Of a DNA stretch of 64,000 nt, positions 62,901-64,000 are shown one piece after another. Source of the DNA: Marsupella aquatica (Eukaryota > Plantae > Marchantiophyta). A model generated the notes under the pieces. The model was not told where the DNA came from and made no database searches. It saw only the letters and a program-made list of their open reading frames with translations. Numbering within the stretch: position 1 is the stretch's first letter; every line of letters begins with the position of its first letter. The stretch spans positions 15,282,330 through 15,346,329 of the forward strand of contig OZ316898.1 of assembly GCA_973895155.1 (NCBI GenBank). Direction: 5' to 3'. The position numbers were made by a program, and so were the translations under genes.

Positions 62901-64000
62901 ATGACTGACCTTACGCCGAGGGAAGAAAGAGTGATTCAACGGGAGAGAGCTCGACTGCAGCAGCTCGCCGGGTGGCATGATACACAGCGACTGAGAGGGG
63001 CAGAAAGAGCTGGTAGCTCCGAAACTGGAAGTGGCGTCGAAGAAGACATACCAGAAGAAGAGTCGGTAAGGAGAAGTGAGTCTCCAACCGACATGGGGGA
63101 ACCAGAGGCACGGCCAGACGAGAGGCCAGGGACCAGATTGAGCCAGCGGTCGCGCATACATTACAAGGCATTTCATGGGAGAGGAGATGAGGATCCGGAC
63201 GAATGGTTGGATGATTTCGAGGGAACCGCTGCAGCAAATGGAGAATCGGCCATCAAGATGCAGATTCTTCCCGGCCTGTTCAAGGGTGAGGCTAGGCCTT
63301 GGTACAGAGCATTAGATGTGGAAGATCAAGCCATCTGGGATATCTTCAAAACACTCTTTGTTAAGGAGTTTCGACCCATTGGAACTTCAGAACTAGCAGT
63401 GCTGAAGTTGGGACAACTTCGGTTCAAGGAGAACAAATCCTTCAGGAAGTTCTTGCAACGCTTTCAGAAACTGGTAAGACGTACAAAGACCAATGCATCT
63501 GAAGGTATGCAACTTCAATGGTTGGTGAATGCTTTGCCACAGAAGATGAGTTTTGCAATTAGGAAGGAGAACCCGGAGACCTTAGCCGAAGCAATTAAGG
63601 ATATTCAATTATACATTAATGCAGATATCACAAGCCGGAAGAAACAGCTTAAGTCTGAGAGTTCCTCATCAGAGGAGGGATCACCCCATAAGAAAAAAGA
63701 TAAGAAGAAGAAACATTCCAAGAAGTCTAGAAGTGATAAGTCAAGCTCGGATAGTGGAAGTAGCAAGAGTGAGTCATCTTCTAGTTCTGAAGAAGAAAAA
63801 ACTAGGAAAAGGAAGGGCAGAAGGAGAGGGAAGACGAAAGTCAAGATGGAGGCTAAGCCACCAGATAACATCGTAGCCCTTACCGAGCAACTTAAGGCTA
63901 TCATTGCAGAGGTAAAACCAAAGAAGAAGGTAGTACAGGAGGATAGCTCTGTATGGTGTGCCTTATGTTATAAAACCGGACACCATAAAGATGCTTGTCC
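62901..64000 (+). CDS. gag: Ty3/gypsy Gag (open to the window end)
   Basis: FHGRGDEDPDEWLDDFE...FKGEARPWY...WDIFKTLFVKEF...FLQRFQKL...WLVNALP...PETLAEAI and the knuckle WCALCYKTGHHKDAC. Absent from the ORF track because the stop lies outside the window. Confidence 0.9.
   Translation, partial: MTDLTPREERVIQRERARLQQLAGWHDTQRLRGAERAGSSETGSGVEEDIPEEESVRRSESPTDMGEPEARPDERPGTRLSQRSRIHYKAFHGRGDEDPDEWLDDFEGTAAANGESAIKMQILPGLFKGEARPWYRALDVEDQAIWDIFKTLFVKEFRPIGTSELAVLKLGQLRFKENKSFRKFLQRFQKLVRRTKTNASEGMQLQWLVNALPQKMSFAIRKENPETLAEAIKDIQLYINADITSRKKQLKSESSSSEEGSPHKKKDKKKKHSKKSRSDKSSSDSGSSKSESSSSSEEEKTRKRKGRRRGKTKVKMEAKPPDNIVALTEQLKAIIAEVKPKKKVVQEDSSVWCALCYKTGHHKDAC

Larger units (their letters stand above)
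58136..64000 (+). mobile_element. Ty3/gypsy LTR retrotransposon 5' end: putative ~4.7-kb LTR (58136-62831), PBS, gag
   Basis: TGTGATGC start is nearly inverted to the ...GCACCACA end at 62831. PBS TGGCGCTAGATGGAGGGG at 62836. Gag follows. Left boundary inferred. Confidence 0.75.

Noticed and set aside
58712-63904. Antisense ORFs over the accessory ORF and gag (e.g. 58712-59239, 61115-61624, 63605-63904)
   Set aside because: Shadow frames of biased coding sequence on the opposite strand.

Overview
Eukaryotic, intron-containing plant DNA. A non-seed land plant such as a bryophyte is inferred from the element types; this is not proven. The left ~18 kb holds two intact, divergently oriented host genes: a 7-exon XRCC1 (minus) and a 6-exon TraB-domain gene (plus). 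It also holds a non-autonomous PIF/Harbinger element with TTA target-site duplications. From ~19 kb onward the window is a pile of nested transposons: a Ty3/gypsy remnant with a PHD finger, two LINE ORF1 remnants each cut by a CACTA end, a chromovirus remnant, solo LTRs, and two copies of a ~1,200-aa PMD/transposase-like + coiled-coil ORF cassette, one of them directly upstream of a PBS and gag. Two systems stand out. (1) 25.7-29.3 kb: a decayed, spliced gene fusing a ParB/Srx-like domain to a prokaryote-type beta-class amino-DNA-methyltransferase fold. Each of its introns and its downstream spacers carry a 15-bp palindrome TAGCGCCWGGCGCTA (about 10 copies), reminiscent of a ParB/parS module. 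(2) 43.6-58.1 kb: a near-intact CACTA (En/Spm) element with TnpA and TnpD plus four co-oriented single-exon cargo ORFs: F-box, tandem Pol-lambda-like BRCT, EDM2/NSD-like PHD cluster, and a Cys/His-rich protein. All family calls come from motif recognition by eye; no database search was run.
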